A stretch of 64,000 bases of DNA from Paraphysomonas bandaiensis (lineage: Eukaryota; Protista; Chrysophyceae): positions 186,001 to 250,000 of the forward strand of contig CBFFRP010000218.1 in the NCBI GenBank assembly GCA_965644295.1, given 5' to 3'. The notes under the pieces are model-generated. The model was given only the letters and a program-made list of their open reading frames with translations. It was not told where the DNA came from and searched no databases. The translations under genes were made by a program, and so were the position numbers. Positions within the stretch are counted from its first letter, which is position 1; each line of letters opens with the position of its first letter. Below are positions 43,985 through 55,520 of this stretch, piece after piece.

Positions 43985-46437
43985 ATGACTGCCAATGTAA
44001 ACATTATCAATGAGAATCTAAGCCCTGTTATTATATGGGACTTGAATGAGTTCTGTCTCACTATAAAACCCTTGAGAAGCAATTATATTAATAGAATATC
44101 AGGTCATGCTCTTGTGCGATGCAGTGGCACCTCATCAGCTCTCTTAGAAGTCCATTGCAGTGAGACATCATCCATCACTCACATAGTATTGGATCTTCAG
44201 GCCACCACACGATATATTGAGGAGGAAGGTCAATGTAATGACAGTAAGCGCTCTTATGTATACACGAGACAGGACGAGTGTTTAGTGTTTGAATTTGTAT
44301 CTCAATGTGTGAGCGATAAGACTGATGTAGTTGTACATAAATTTGCGGTGCTAGAATACTTATTCGACCAGTTCTGTAGAAGGATTACTTTTGCAGGATT
44401 GTCTGTGACATCAGCAGATGGATATATTGATACATCACAAGGAAAAGAAGATTTGCATCATCCTCAATCGAATGTTGTTGCCCGTGCCGCTGAGACGGCA
44501 GGTACCTTGATACGCAAAGGTAATTTCTATATTTAGTTGCTTGATACTGGTATGTACTAACGCATAGTATATAGGTCTAAAGACAACAGGAAGTGTTACA
44601 GGGAAGGCGATTCGACAACTCGGCAACCATCATTCGGATGCTGCTACACGAGCCCTGTCGGCTGAGGAACTGGAAAGAGAAACTAAACGAGCAGAAGCTG
44701 TACTTCATGCTGCTGAGACGGCCCACTCCTGTGCTCGGGTTGTGTCAGGGGCTATTATGACTCCCGTGCGATATGTTGGGCGTAGGGCAGTTCAGTTAAC
44801 TTCCCAACATGTATCAGCTCAGGAAGAGGGATGGAAGCGTGCTGTCATAGACACTGTGGGAGGGTGTGGCAACGGTATCATGTCTGTTGCTAAAGGAGTT
44901 ACCGAAGGACTTGCGGAAGTAGGTACAGCTATCGGAGAAACAGCCCTGCACCGCTCGACACGCCTCTACGGTTCAGAGTATGCACAGTCCGTAACAGACC
45001 GTTATGTTCGAGCCGGCGGTGAGGCCTGCCGGGCTGCATACAAAACGGCCTCTGTGGCCTCTATGGGCCTTGATGAGGTAGCATTGGGAATGGCAGTGGA
45101 AGGTATCGATTACGCGGTCAATCTAGATGACTACCTTGTAGGTCCAGTATTAGTACAAGGCTATATATACCTCAGTCAGTCCCCACAGCCTGCGAAAAGA
45201 TATTTTGCCGTCCTACGACCGTGGTCCATAGCATTTTACTCTAATCCCGGGGATTTCACTTCAAAACCGAGTCGCCTTATTGCGACATCATGTCTTGATA
45301 CTCTCCCTCGGCTGCGCCTTCCAAAGTCGCCAGAAAATAGTAGGCGAACAATAGAACTCTGTACTGTAGATGCATCTACCTTTACTTTACACTCCCCATG
45401 CGACTATATGGGGAGATGGTCAGTTGATCGTGACGAAGAATTAGTGGGAATATGGTATATTCATCTGCAAGAGGCGTGTCGTCGGGTAGAAAGTATCAGC
45501 AAATATAGGTCTGGAGCCATGGAAATTGCAGAAAGACTGTATCTGCGCACAGTGCCACGTGGTATAGGGTGGATATGGAAAGATGATTACACTGTGGATA
45601 CAGTATTGGAGGACTGGATTTATTCTGTATATCACTTCTCACTCAAGGGAGGGTGTATAGTAGATAACGCTAACAATGAATCCGAGTCCGATATATCTGC
45701 GAATATAGAAATTTTAATGGAAGCTACCGGAAGGACGTATACTGACGTTAAGGAGGCCTTAGAGAGCTCGAATGGAGAAGTTGATTGGGCTGCGGAAAAG
45801 CTCATAGTTGATAATCAAGAAAAAGAAACTAGTAGCAGCTCGTTATCTTCAAATGAGAACACTGCGAATGACAATACAATTCATCGACTGAAGGAGTTGG
45901 TGTCTAGAAGACTAACTCCAGAGGTGATGGTGAAGTTCTCTCCTGTCACTAACTTAGGTCAGTAGTTTTAATTAAGTCAAGTACAACTCGTGAGTGAAAT
46001 TGAGCAACTCTGTAGGTGTGCGAGTCTCTGCTGAAGCGGTGTCGTCTGGATGGGTACCTTATAATTGTGATAAAGTTTCGCAGAAGGGATATGACATTAG
46101 GGGATTGCCTGGTGGGACAGCTACATGGCCTGATGACTCTGTGATTGAGGTAATATACAGCTCTATGTCATCGTTTTATGGTAACGCATTCTAAACATAT
46201 ACCTGACAGCTTGGGAATGAAGTTAGGATTCATCGTGATACCTGTTCCTACATTCATATCGATATTGTGAGTAAAGTGGCGGGAGTCAAGCGTAGTAGTA
46301 TGTTTGGTAGATTACCCATTGGAAAAATGATTAATTCTGATGACTTGCGTATTCCGTTGTATAGTTGTCATGGAAATAACGCACAGTCGTCTGTTCTATT
46401 ATGCAAAGTTAGTAGGAGTAGTTACGTAAATATTTAA
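43985..46437 (+). CDS. Senescence/spartin-like domain + PH + UBA-like + C2-like multidomain protein (multi-exon)
   Basis: Amphipathic G/A-rich region (GIMSVAKGVTEGLAEVGTAIG...YGSEYAQ) resembling senescence domains; PH-like VQGYIYL...KRYFAVLRPWSIAFY...WYIHLQEA; UBA-like ILMEATGRTYTDVKEALESSNGEVDWAAEKL; beta-rich last exons ending TAA at 46435-46437. Confidence 0.65.
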
Positions 46438-47677
46438 GAGCTTTCTTTGTCGTAATCACGCAGATATTATCTTCTCGTTTGGAATCGTTATCTCAATTTG
46501 TCTCTCAAAGAACAAAATTATTCGAGTAGGGTAAAGCCTCTCGGAAGTTTACTAATGCTTCCGTCAGTTTGAATTCCTGAGATTATAATGTACCGTAACA
46601 AAGTAACTAGTACATAGGGCTCTGAGGTAAAGTTGGAAATAGGTATAAATCCTCTGCTAGACATGTTGGACTACTACTCTAAGTATGCTTTTAAAAACGT
46701 TTCTTAAGTAGGGATGCTCACTCGTTTCCTGCTGTAAAACGAATATGCACGTATTCGTGAGCATACTTTTGTCAGATACATGAACTCAATCATAGGCACT
46801 CAGTAGAACTGGTTCAACACACTAAATTGTGGATATCTATTAGTTCACAACATTATTATTAGTGTGCATTCAAACCATTCCTTCGAGTGGTGCTACTAAA
46901 AAAACTTAACCATTGTAACCAATCTCAGTACTACTCCTGTTGAAGGTAATCATCCCCAACACATTAAATAGTCAAGTGGCTATGAAATATTTTTCCCTCA
47001 ATTGTCTTTCCATCTGCATGGTAACATTTCGACGTGTTGGCATCTTTCGGAATCAGCATATCCGATTCTTCCTGTTGTATAAGTATATACTGAAACTGAA
47101 CTATTATGGTCATGGGTAATCCCTTCATGATATCCATTTGATCCACAATAAAGTCATAAGTCATTACTATTTACTCATTCTGTTAGCATCTCTTCTATGG
47201 CGTGTCTCGATATCCACAGTAACACTCCATAGCATCACAAGAGATCATAAATGTTCAATAAACAATACCTCATAAAACAATTCAATGTCGAGAATTATAT
47301 TGAAAGATTAGCTTCATGACTTCAGAGCAGTAAAGCAATATCCTGATCATAGAGTGATCCCACAGACCTATCTGGCTGTCCATGACTAGGAACAATGCTA
47401 TTTCCAGTGGGGTTGTAAGGATTGTAAAAAATGGGGGATTTTATTCTACAGGATTTTCCATATGATAGTGGTGATTTCCGAACCACGGGGGAATTAGGTC
47501 TACAACCCAACTATAACGTATTTTCCCATACCACTATAGAAACTCCTGCTTTTGGGGAATAGAAGTGCGTATTATATTAGAGCACAAGATCCAGTCGGTC
47601 CGTTCTGCTGAAGTACAAGATACACTGTATATGTGATGGTCCGATATAGTTATATAGTACTATATAGTGAAATTAAG

Positions 47678-50600
47678 ATGGAGCTCGAAAGTGACATTGG
47701 TGATGATGGGTCTCTCTTTGATGAGCTGGATGAGAATCTAGGGGACACGAACAGCAAGGAGTACGTAAGATCTCAGCAAACAGTTCTGAACCATTTCAAA
47801 CGTTTCATGATTAAAAGCAACGGAATTGACCCTATAACGTATCCATTTACGGCGTACGATAAAGCTATCTTCCGTGATGTAAAGACTACGGAGGATATAT
47901 TCGGCCGATTCTCTAATTTTCTTATAGATACAGTGGGAATAAAGAAACCGAAATGTACACTCAACTATATATCGAAGCTTCGAATGAAAATCGAGACAGA
48001 TATTTCGTCAACTACGTATTTTAATGGGATTTGGTATCGAAAATTACGTTTAAAAATTACACAACGATATATTGTGATCTGCGCCCGAAATGGTACAAAG
48101 TTAAGTGATCAGGCTCCGGAGATGACTGTGAAGGATTTACGTGCCCTCACGGAGGTACTGTTCTGCAAAGACACATCGAAGTCGATTTCTCATCGGTGCT
48201 TGTTGATCTTCCAGTGGCATGCTTTGGGAAGAATATCCGAGATTTCGGCAATGCAATGGTGCGATATCGGGCAACGAATGTCAGGATATGTTGAAGATTT
48301 GCGAGTGATGCTCAACAGGTATGTATATTTACGGTTGTGGGCTTGCATACATATGTGTATGTGTGCAAAGCAATACCCAAGTACAGAAGTACAAAATAAT
48401 GATTATTATCGTATAATGAATCATGAATAATACTGTCTACAATATCAACGGCTAATAATACTGTCTACAATATCAACGGCTAATAATACTGTCTACAATA
48501 TCAACGGCTATTGCTAATCCCAACAATCACATTCCCTACAGTTTGTATTCCTAACTACATGGTACACGTATACAATACAGTACTGTACTACTAATCATAT
48601 AATACAGGACATGTACACGTATATATTCTATATGTAAGTGGATAGTCCTACACTACCTCCCCTTATAATTGATGTGTTAATGTGTTATATTGACACTCAA
48701 TTCTGTAAACTTTGTTATTAATCTTCTTCATCAGAAGAATAAACCACATTTCGAGGTAGTAAATTTCTTACATTTTCATCAGGATGTTGAGTTAGGAAAT
48801 TTTGTAGAGCATACGTTTTTCTAACGTTAGCCCATGGTTCCCATGTAGGTTTTTCATACCCTATCCAATGTACTAGAAATTTTATTTGACTTTTCGGACC
48901 TTTAGCTCGACCTTTTATTTTTGAAATATGGTCAATAGCATAAAAGTTTCCACCATCTTTACATGCCACTTGTAAGGGGTCAATAGTAGAGGGATCGTAA
49001 TTAAATTCCCTTAATTTCTTTATATGATAGTCTTTATTACGTTTAGTAACAATATCTTGAAGAGTATATTTGTCTCCAATAACATTGACTACTCGCATTG
49101 GACCTTTAAGATATGGTAATAACTTACTTGCCGGTCCAGGACGTAAAGCATTTTGTCTATGCTCAACTAACACATAAGAATTTATTGGAAATTCTTTTGT
49201 TTGTATATTTGGTGCAGTTGCCATGTGGATTTCATCATGTTTGCGAAGATTTCGTCTTGCAACATCCATAATAGTGGACTGAACCTTTTGTATTCTATCT
49301 ATCCAATGTGATAGCTTTTGTTCGTTCCCGTCCAAGTTCTCATTGTGTTCAATGAATAAACTCTTATCTAAATCTACTGCATTCCCAAATAGAATACTAG
49401 CGGGAGTAACGCCGGTGCTTCTATGTTTAGAAGAATTCATAATTCTTTGTACTAAAGGTAGATACATTGACCAATTATTTAGTACATTTTTATCAAATAT
49501 AATATTTCTTAAGTGCCTTAAAATTTCTTTATTAGCACGTTCCACTATAGCATTTTCTTCTTTAGAATACGCCATCGAAAATGATTGATTACTTCCAACC
49601 ATTTCTATCAATGATTTTGTTAAATCATCCACAAATGCTGGTCCAAGATCCGAATGAATCTCAATAGGTGCTCCATATCTACCCAGGTGTTGAAGCAATC
49701 CCTTTGCCGCCGCCATGGCAGTGAGATTCTTAGTAGGGATTAATTCTACCCACCTAGAAAAAGAATCGATAATCACTAATATATTAGTGTATCCATCCTC
49801 ATCTGGATGCAGACTCTGAATAAAATCCACTGCTATTCTTTGCATCGGGCCATATGTTGAGACAGTAAAGGGATGAGCATTAATTATTGGTTTAATTCTA
49901 CTCATCTTTTGACAACAAGGACAAGTTTTAATAAATTTTGTCACATGTGCCCCTTGCTTTGACCATTTATGACCATTGTCTCGTAATTTTTGTATTGTAC
50001 GATCAATACCATGATGACCTGTAACATTGTTATGAAATCTTTTAATAATTTCCCATTCCTTGTTTGGAACTTTAATATCGGGAATTAGGGAAGCACATTT
50101 TGTTTCCATTTTAGATTCTAATGCACATAGTCTACTAAATGCATCAGCAACAACATTATCAGATCCTTTAATATCACATAGATCATAATCATATGCTTGG
50201 AAACATTTCAACCATCGCTGAACTTTCTTATCCTTAGCGTAATCAGTTCTCAACTGAGTAATATTTTTATGATCTGTTTTGATCGTAAAGTATCTATACC
50301 TTAATAGGTAGTCCCATTTATCTAAGGCATAGTATATAGCATATCCTTCTTTCTGAGGTGTATCCCAATTCATCATTCTTTCATCGAATGTTTTACTGAG
50401 AAATCCTATTGGACGTTCTACACCATCTACTACTTGGTAGAGGTATGCTCCTATTCCATAATCAGATGCATCGGTCAATAAATATATTGGTGACTCGTCA
50501 TCAATGAAAAATAATGTTGGACATTCATGGATCATCAATTTGATCTTTTCAAATGCTTCATTGGCATCCTCTGTCCATTGTAGACGTTTACGTCTATGAT

Positions 50601-53600
50601 AGTTGAGAAGCATTTTATTTAACGGTCTCACCACTAAGGAGTGGTTGTGCACGTGATCCCGAAAATAATTTGCCAATCCGAGGAAAGATTTTAGACCCTT
50701 CATAGTTTCAGGCTTTGGGAAATTTAATACACTATCCAGACGTTCTCTAGTAAAGTGTAACCCTTCCTCATTTAGAGTATGTCCTACATATTGTACTTCG
50801 GACTCTCCTATTTTCACTTTCTCAGGATTAATGTAAACATTGTATTTCCTGAAGCGTTCTAGAACTTTAACGTAATTTTCAATTAGTTCATCTTCTGTAG
50901 AAGCATATATAATCAGGTCATCTAGATATAATTCACATATGAACATAATCAACCCGGCAAGCACAATTGTTGTTAATACTCGTTGAAAGTATGATGGAGC
51001 ACCACTCAAACCCATGGGTAGTCGGAGCCATTCGAATACTCCCCAGAAGGTTATAAATGCCGTCCACTTTCTCGAGTACTCTGAAATTTTAGCCTGGTAA
51101 TAACCAGATACTAAATCCAGAATTATGAAGTATTTGGGTTTCTTAGACCCAATACGTTCTAACATTTCTTTGATGTTAGGTATTGGCCAACGTTCCCTCT
51201 GTGTGTGCTTGTTTAGACCTTTATAGTCTACACAGAATCGCCATTTATCATTTGGTTTGGGAACTAATAATACCTGGCTATAATAAGGAGCCGTACTTGG
51301 TTGTATTATTCCATGCTCCACAAATGTATCGATTTGCTTTTTACAAGCATACTGTCGTACTCGATCCATCTTTCGTGGCGGACCACAATGTTTTGGTTGT
51401 TCCCAAGCATCCCTATCTACCTCTAATTCAAAAGGTGGAACATCCATTGGCATATCCGACACTGTGGTTCTAAATCTATCCTTATAGATTTCATGGATTT
51501 CTCTCACCCTCCTTTGTAAAGATTCGGGACCAGAGATTTTAGTTGGTAACGTAGTACCTTCTACTTTTTCCTGAGTATTTGTAACTATTTCTTCTGGGAT
51601 TGACTCCAGATAGTTATCTCTAATCTCGCCTATATCTTCCTTTTCATATGCACTTATACGCATGGATGATATTGGAGGTGAATACATAGTACTAACCAAG
51701 CTATTACTTGTAAGTAAATTATTATTATAACTAAGGTGTTCCTTAGCTTGGCGCCTTAATGTTTCCATGTTATTATAACATGTGGCTCTCTCACTAATAT
51801 GTTCCGAGAGAAGCTGAGTCTTCTCAGCATGGCCCGCGGCCGTAGCTAGCATTTTCCCTGCTAACTCTCTTTCCATAAAGTGAGATGGAAAATGATCAAC
51901 TAATCTATATTTCTTGATAGTTTCTCTACCAATTATGATATCAAAGGTGCTATCTATTATCAAACATTGCAACTCAATATCAAGAGTATTGTTATACTCA
52001 TCAGTTAATCTTATAGTTATTATCATATATTGCTTGCTACTACAACAAGCATTATCAAGCGCACTACAAATTTTAATGTTACACTCGTGCAATGGAATTC
52101 TATACCTAGCAACTAACATATCAGCAAGTTCTTGGTTAATGAAATTATTCCCAGTAGCCCCCGTGTCCAATAAGGCTTTAGCTCTTAGATTTTCCTTTAC
52201 CTGTTGTACATTGACATCAGCTTTAGGATATACAAAGACATCGAGCATATCATTATTCATGTCAATAGCATTTATATATAAACACTTAGGGCATGATAAC
52301 TTACTTGTTTTCGATCTTGGAGGACCATCAGGATTCTCCACATAAGGGCAGGTACTCCAACCCATAACCGCATATTTTTTGCCCTGTGTGGAATCTTTCC
52401 ATGGCTTCTTTTCATGGTTAGCCCATGCACAGGTTTTGCGGGTGCAGTCACCTTTATGAAGATTACCGCATATCCAACATGCTTCCTTAGTATCAGTTGT
52501 TGCTTTAGTACTTGAGGATGAGCTGGAGGATGAAGTTTTTGTATTCTTAGTCTTGTTAGACTTAGATGTTTCTTTGGAATCCAATTTAGTTTCCATCCTC
52601 TTTACTTTTCTCACAGCTTGACTATAGTCATTGTTAAGCTCTCGCACCTTTCTACAGAATGCTCCGAAATCTTTTGGTGCAGATTGACCTTGGCCTATAT
52701 CCGCTATAAATTTCTCTTTGGCATCCTTTCTGAAGGAATGTCCGCCCACAAGTTTAATGTTTTTCTTGAGGGTTTTGACTATGGTATCCGAGGCTACCTC
52801 TGTGAGACTTGCCTCCGGAATGAGCTTATAAAGCTCATTCAGACGTCCATATTCTTTTAAGAATACTTTAGGAACATGAATATCCACCTTAACCTTTGGT
52901 CCAATGATATTATCTATGAACCTAGGAAGAGGCTCCAATGTATCAGAGTATCGCTCCTCTTCCTCTAGAAAGGCTTGCTTTAACCACTGAATCAATTCCT
53001 CAGTAGTTACAATGTTTGGATCTAGCCAGTCCTCGTCAGACTCATCTCCAAAATCCTGCTGTCGCTGAAACTGAAGCATATCACGCACTGTTGGTGCCAT
53101 GATTTCTGACCTTATGAATTTTGTCCCTTTAGGATCTCTTTTCGAGAGATTTTCACAAAATTCGATGATATCCTCATCTTGCACACTACCTAAGTAGGGA
53201 ATAGAGTCGGTATTGATTACTTCATGTGGAGTGGATTCCGTCGCAATGACTTCATTCAAGTCAATGCGCTCACTCCTGTTGGGGTGCGGATCTCCACTCC
53301 TTTGCTTCTTTCTCTTTGGTTGAGAAGAAGAGAGCTCACGAAATGATACTCCACTCAATTCTCCTTCAGCCTCTACTGATGTCTCAGTTTGAGGAGAAGA
53401 TTGCATTTGAGATGATGTTGTTGCATCTCTTGCTCGTTTTCGAGAGGATTCTCTCTCTCTTTCGTCTTTTTAGACGAAGAACCCGAAGCAGCTAACAATT
53501 CCTCTATTTGAGGAGCTGCTTTTATTTTGCTTCTCTTACTTTCCCCCATAATATTGTTATATCACAGAGATTGAGTACTACTTATTAAGTAATATTACTG

Positions 53601-55520
53601 TGGGCTTGCATACATATGTGTATGTGTGCAAAGCAATACCCAAGTACAGAAGTACAAAATAATGATTATTATCGTATAATGAATCATGAATAATACTGTC
53701 TACAATATCAACGGCTAATAATACTGTCTACAATATCAACGGCTAATAATACTGTCTACAATATCAACGGCTATTGCTAATCCCAACAATCACATTCCCT
53801 ACAGTTTGTATTCCTAACTACATGGTACACGTATACAATACAGTACTGTACTACTAATCATATAATACAGGACATGTACACGTATATATTCTATATGTAA
53901 GTGGATAGTCCTACACGGTTAGATAGGGTTAAGTTTAATATACTTACTAGGTCAAAGCAGCACTCCCAACAAGATCTTCTTATATTCCTGCATTCAAGCG
54001 ATTGGATGATTTGCCCTCTCCATGCATTGTTTTCGTTGATTGTATACAACCTGGATTCCTCCGTAAGAATATTTGATTGCATTCCACTGGGTGGAGAGTC
54101 CAAATATGTGAACTCCTTACTATCCACCATATATGATGAGGTTTCGGAATCTTCATGTGATTTGGAAATCACACCCAACATGAAAAGCCATTCGGGACGA
54201 TCCGGACCCACTACAGCAGCATCTGAGCATCCACAAATGCAGGTATACAACTATATATAGACATATGTAGAAGTGTTAATCTTGTATACGTAGCCTCACT
54301 GGCTTATTCCGCGAGGGGGGTGGGCTTTAGATTCTATTCAAACTATCTTTGCGTACATACGATGCACTAACTACAGTGACAGTCGTGTCGCCCGAAGTTT
54401 GTCAGAGTGGCCAAATCTAGAGTCCGGAGGACTTGCGCCCTCACCGGAGGGCTTGCCAATAGCATCTCGCCAACTTTTTACTCTTTTCGCTTCTACAATC
54501 ACCCAACATGTTGATATACCGAAAGTCGTACGGGAAATGCTGACAAGTGTGGGATGTATGTATTATACCCAGGTTAAGCAAACCTATCCTCAGTGTTCCT
54601 TGGTACACGTTATGGAGACCTGTAAGAATTCGCCAGGGGTTGATGTACTCACATCGTGGAGTAAATATTTCAGAAACCAATTCATTACCCTGAATGGTCC
54701 TTACTTGCAGAGGAACTTACTTGATGGTGAAGATGTCATCGATGTGTCAACACTAGATCAACATATGTCGGACACAAGAAATGTAATAAGAGCTTTAAGT
54801 TTTAATGTGGCTGAGCTGAAAGAATCCCAATCTAACATGAGGCATGAATTTAACATGATTAAGGCTCAACTGAGCGAGTTGAAAGACTTATTAGTTAATG
54901 CACAATACCACCAGGCCCCTGTACGCGATATTGAGACATCATCTGTAGCTGCCACTCCGGTATCAGTAAGAAATGGAGTTCCTATTGTTTCACCTTGGAA
55001 TCCACCTCAAATTGTAGGGGATATAATAACTCCAATTCCTGCTCAGTGTGAACAGATGATGAATTCCTCTAGCGGTATAACCTCCGCTTGTGTGTTTTTT
55101 CATTGGTATGCATCAGGTTTGAAGGACCTGCATAGTACAAGTTTTACTGATACACAGAAGAAAGTGTTCTACATATACCGAAGAATGGTAAATTTCATGC
55201 TACATTTCATTGGCCAGAATATAACCATTCCGGATAAGCCAAGCCAAAGCGACTTTGTGGAATATGAGAAGTGGACACGTATCATACGTCATTGTGCTAA
55301 CACGGCTGTGACAAATATATTGCGTTTACGTGATAAAGTGAAGAATGATGAGTGTGCTACCGCAAACTTAAGTGGGCCGCCGACCAAGAAACGAAGGAAT
55401 CATCTGATTAAGGATAATGTGGCAACAAATCACGACTTCATTCGAAAGAAAGTAAAGAGTGAGGATTACCCTTACTCACGAGCTGTTGATAACCTAACTC
55501 CTACTTGGAATACGCTTTAG
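47678..55520 (+). CDS. Crypton-type tyrosine recombinase, 3 exons (47678-48318, 53951-54242, 54294-55520; 719 aa)
   Basis: Spliced frame is open. Catalytic set present: LGRISE (R), RSK (K), HSGRSG (HxxR), RGGW (W), IFAYI (Y). The RGGW...FAYI...DSRVARSLSEW segment resembles oomycete Cryptons. Confidence 0.88.
48336..48652 (-). repeat. 3' LTR of element 2, containing a 3 x 28-bp tandem repeat (48426-48509)
   Basis: Direct repeat of 53599-53915; unit aataatactgtctacaatatcaacggct. Confidence 0.95.
48718..53406 (-). CDS. pol: Gypsy Gag-Pol polyprotein (single ORF) with chromodomain
   Basis: CWICGNLHKGDC knuckle; LLDTGA; WRFCVDY, LDLVSGYYQ and LYLDDL RT; TDASDYG RNase H; HNNVTGH...CPCC integrase; FLVHWIGYEKPTWEP chromodomain. 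Confidence 0.96.
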   Translation of the reverse strand: MQSSPQTETSVEAEGELSGVSFRELSSSQPKRKKQRSGDPHPNRSERIDLNEVIATESTPHEVINTDSIPYLGSVQDEDIIEFCENLSKRDPKGTKFIRSEIMAPTVRDMLQFQRQQDFGDESDEDWLDPNIVTTEELIQWLKQAFLEEEERYSDTLEPLPRFIDNIIGPKVKVDIHVPKVFLKEYGRLNELYKLIPEASLTEVASDTIVKTLKKNIKLVGGHSFRKDAKEKFIADIGQGQSAPKDFGAFCRKVRELNNDYSQAVRKVKRMETKLDSKETSKSNKTKNTKTSSSSSSSSTKATTDTKEACWICGNLHKGDCTRKTCAWANHEKKPWKDSTQGKKYAVMGWSTCPYVENPDGPPRSKTSKLSCPKCLYINAIDMNNDMLDVFVYPKADVNVQQVKENLRAKALLDTGATGNNFINQELADMLVARYRIPLHECNIKICSALDNACCSSKQYMIITIRLTDEYNNTLDIELQCLIIDSTFDIIIGRETIKKYRLVDHFPSHFMERELAGKMLATAAGHAEKTQLLSEHISERATCYNNMETLRRQAKEHLSYNNNLLTSNSLVSTMYSPPISSMRISAYEKEDIGEIRDNYLESIPEEIVTNTQEKVEGTTLPTKISGPESLQRRVREIHEIYKDRFRTTVSDMPMDVPPFELEVDRDAWEQPKHCGPPRKMDRVRQYACKKQIDTFVEHGIIQPSTAPYYSQVLLVPKPNDKWRFCVDYKGLNKHTQRERWPIPNIKEMLERIGSKKPKYFIILDLVSGYYQAKISEYSRKWTAFITFWGVFEWLRLPMGLSGAPSYFQRVLTTIVLAGLIMFICELYLDDLIIYASTEDELIENYVKVLERFRKYNVYINPEKVKIGESEVQYVGHTLNEEGLHFTRERLDSVLNFPKPETMKGLKSFLGLANYFRDHVHNHSLVVRPLNKMLLNYHRRKRLQWTEDANEAFEKIKLMIHECPTLFFIDDESPIYLLTDASDYGIGAYLYQVVDGVERPIGFLSKTFDERMMNWDTPQKEGYAIYYALDKWDYLLRYRYFTIKTDHKNITQLRTDYAKDKKVQRWLKCFQAYDYDLCDIKGSDNVVADAFSRLCALESKMETKCASLIPDIKVPNKEWEIIKRFHNNVTGHHGIDRTIQKLRDNGHKWSKQGAHVTKFIKTCPCCQKMSRIKPIINAHPFTVSTYGPMQRIAVDFIQSLHPDEDGYTNILVIIDSFSRWVELIPTKNLTAMAAAKGLLQHLGRYGAPIEIHSDLGPAFVDDLTKSLIEMVGSNQSFSMAYSKEENAIVERANKEILRHLRNIIFDKNVLNNWSMYLPLVQRIMNSSKHRSTGVTPASILFGNAVDLDKSLFIEHNENLDGNEQKLSHWIDRIQKVQSTIMDVARRNLRKHDEIHMATAPNIQTKEFPINSYVLVEHRQNALRPGPASKLLPYLKGPMRVVNVIGDKYTLQDIVTKRNKDYHIKKLREFNYDPSTIDPLQVACKDGGNFYAIDHISKIKGRAKGPKSQIKFLVHWIGYEKPTWEPWANVRKTYALQNFLTQHPDENVRNLLPRNVVYSSDEED
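53599..53915 (-). repeat. 5' LTR of element 2
   Basis: Direct repeat of 48336-48652. Confidence 0.95.

Larger units (their letters stand above)
48336..53915 (-). mobile_element. Full-length Ty3/Gypsy chromovirus LTR retrotransposon (element 2), nested in intron 1 of the tyrosine recombinase
   Basis: 317-bp LTRs 48336-48652 and 53599-53915 appear identical and end TG...CA. 4-bp TSD CGGT at 48332-48335 and 53916-53919; PPT AAGGGGAGGTAG at 48653-48664. Confidence 0.97.

Noticed and set aside
47633-48430. 265-aa ORF as a complete gene
   Set aside because: Its tail runs through the intron donor at 48319 into the LTR; it is exon 1 of the recombinase. ORFs 53901-54260 and 54399-55520 are exons 2 and 3.
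48426-48509. 28-bp direct repeats resembling a CRISPR array
   Set aside because: No spacers; a contiguous tandem repeat inside a eukaryotic LTR.
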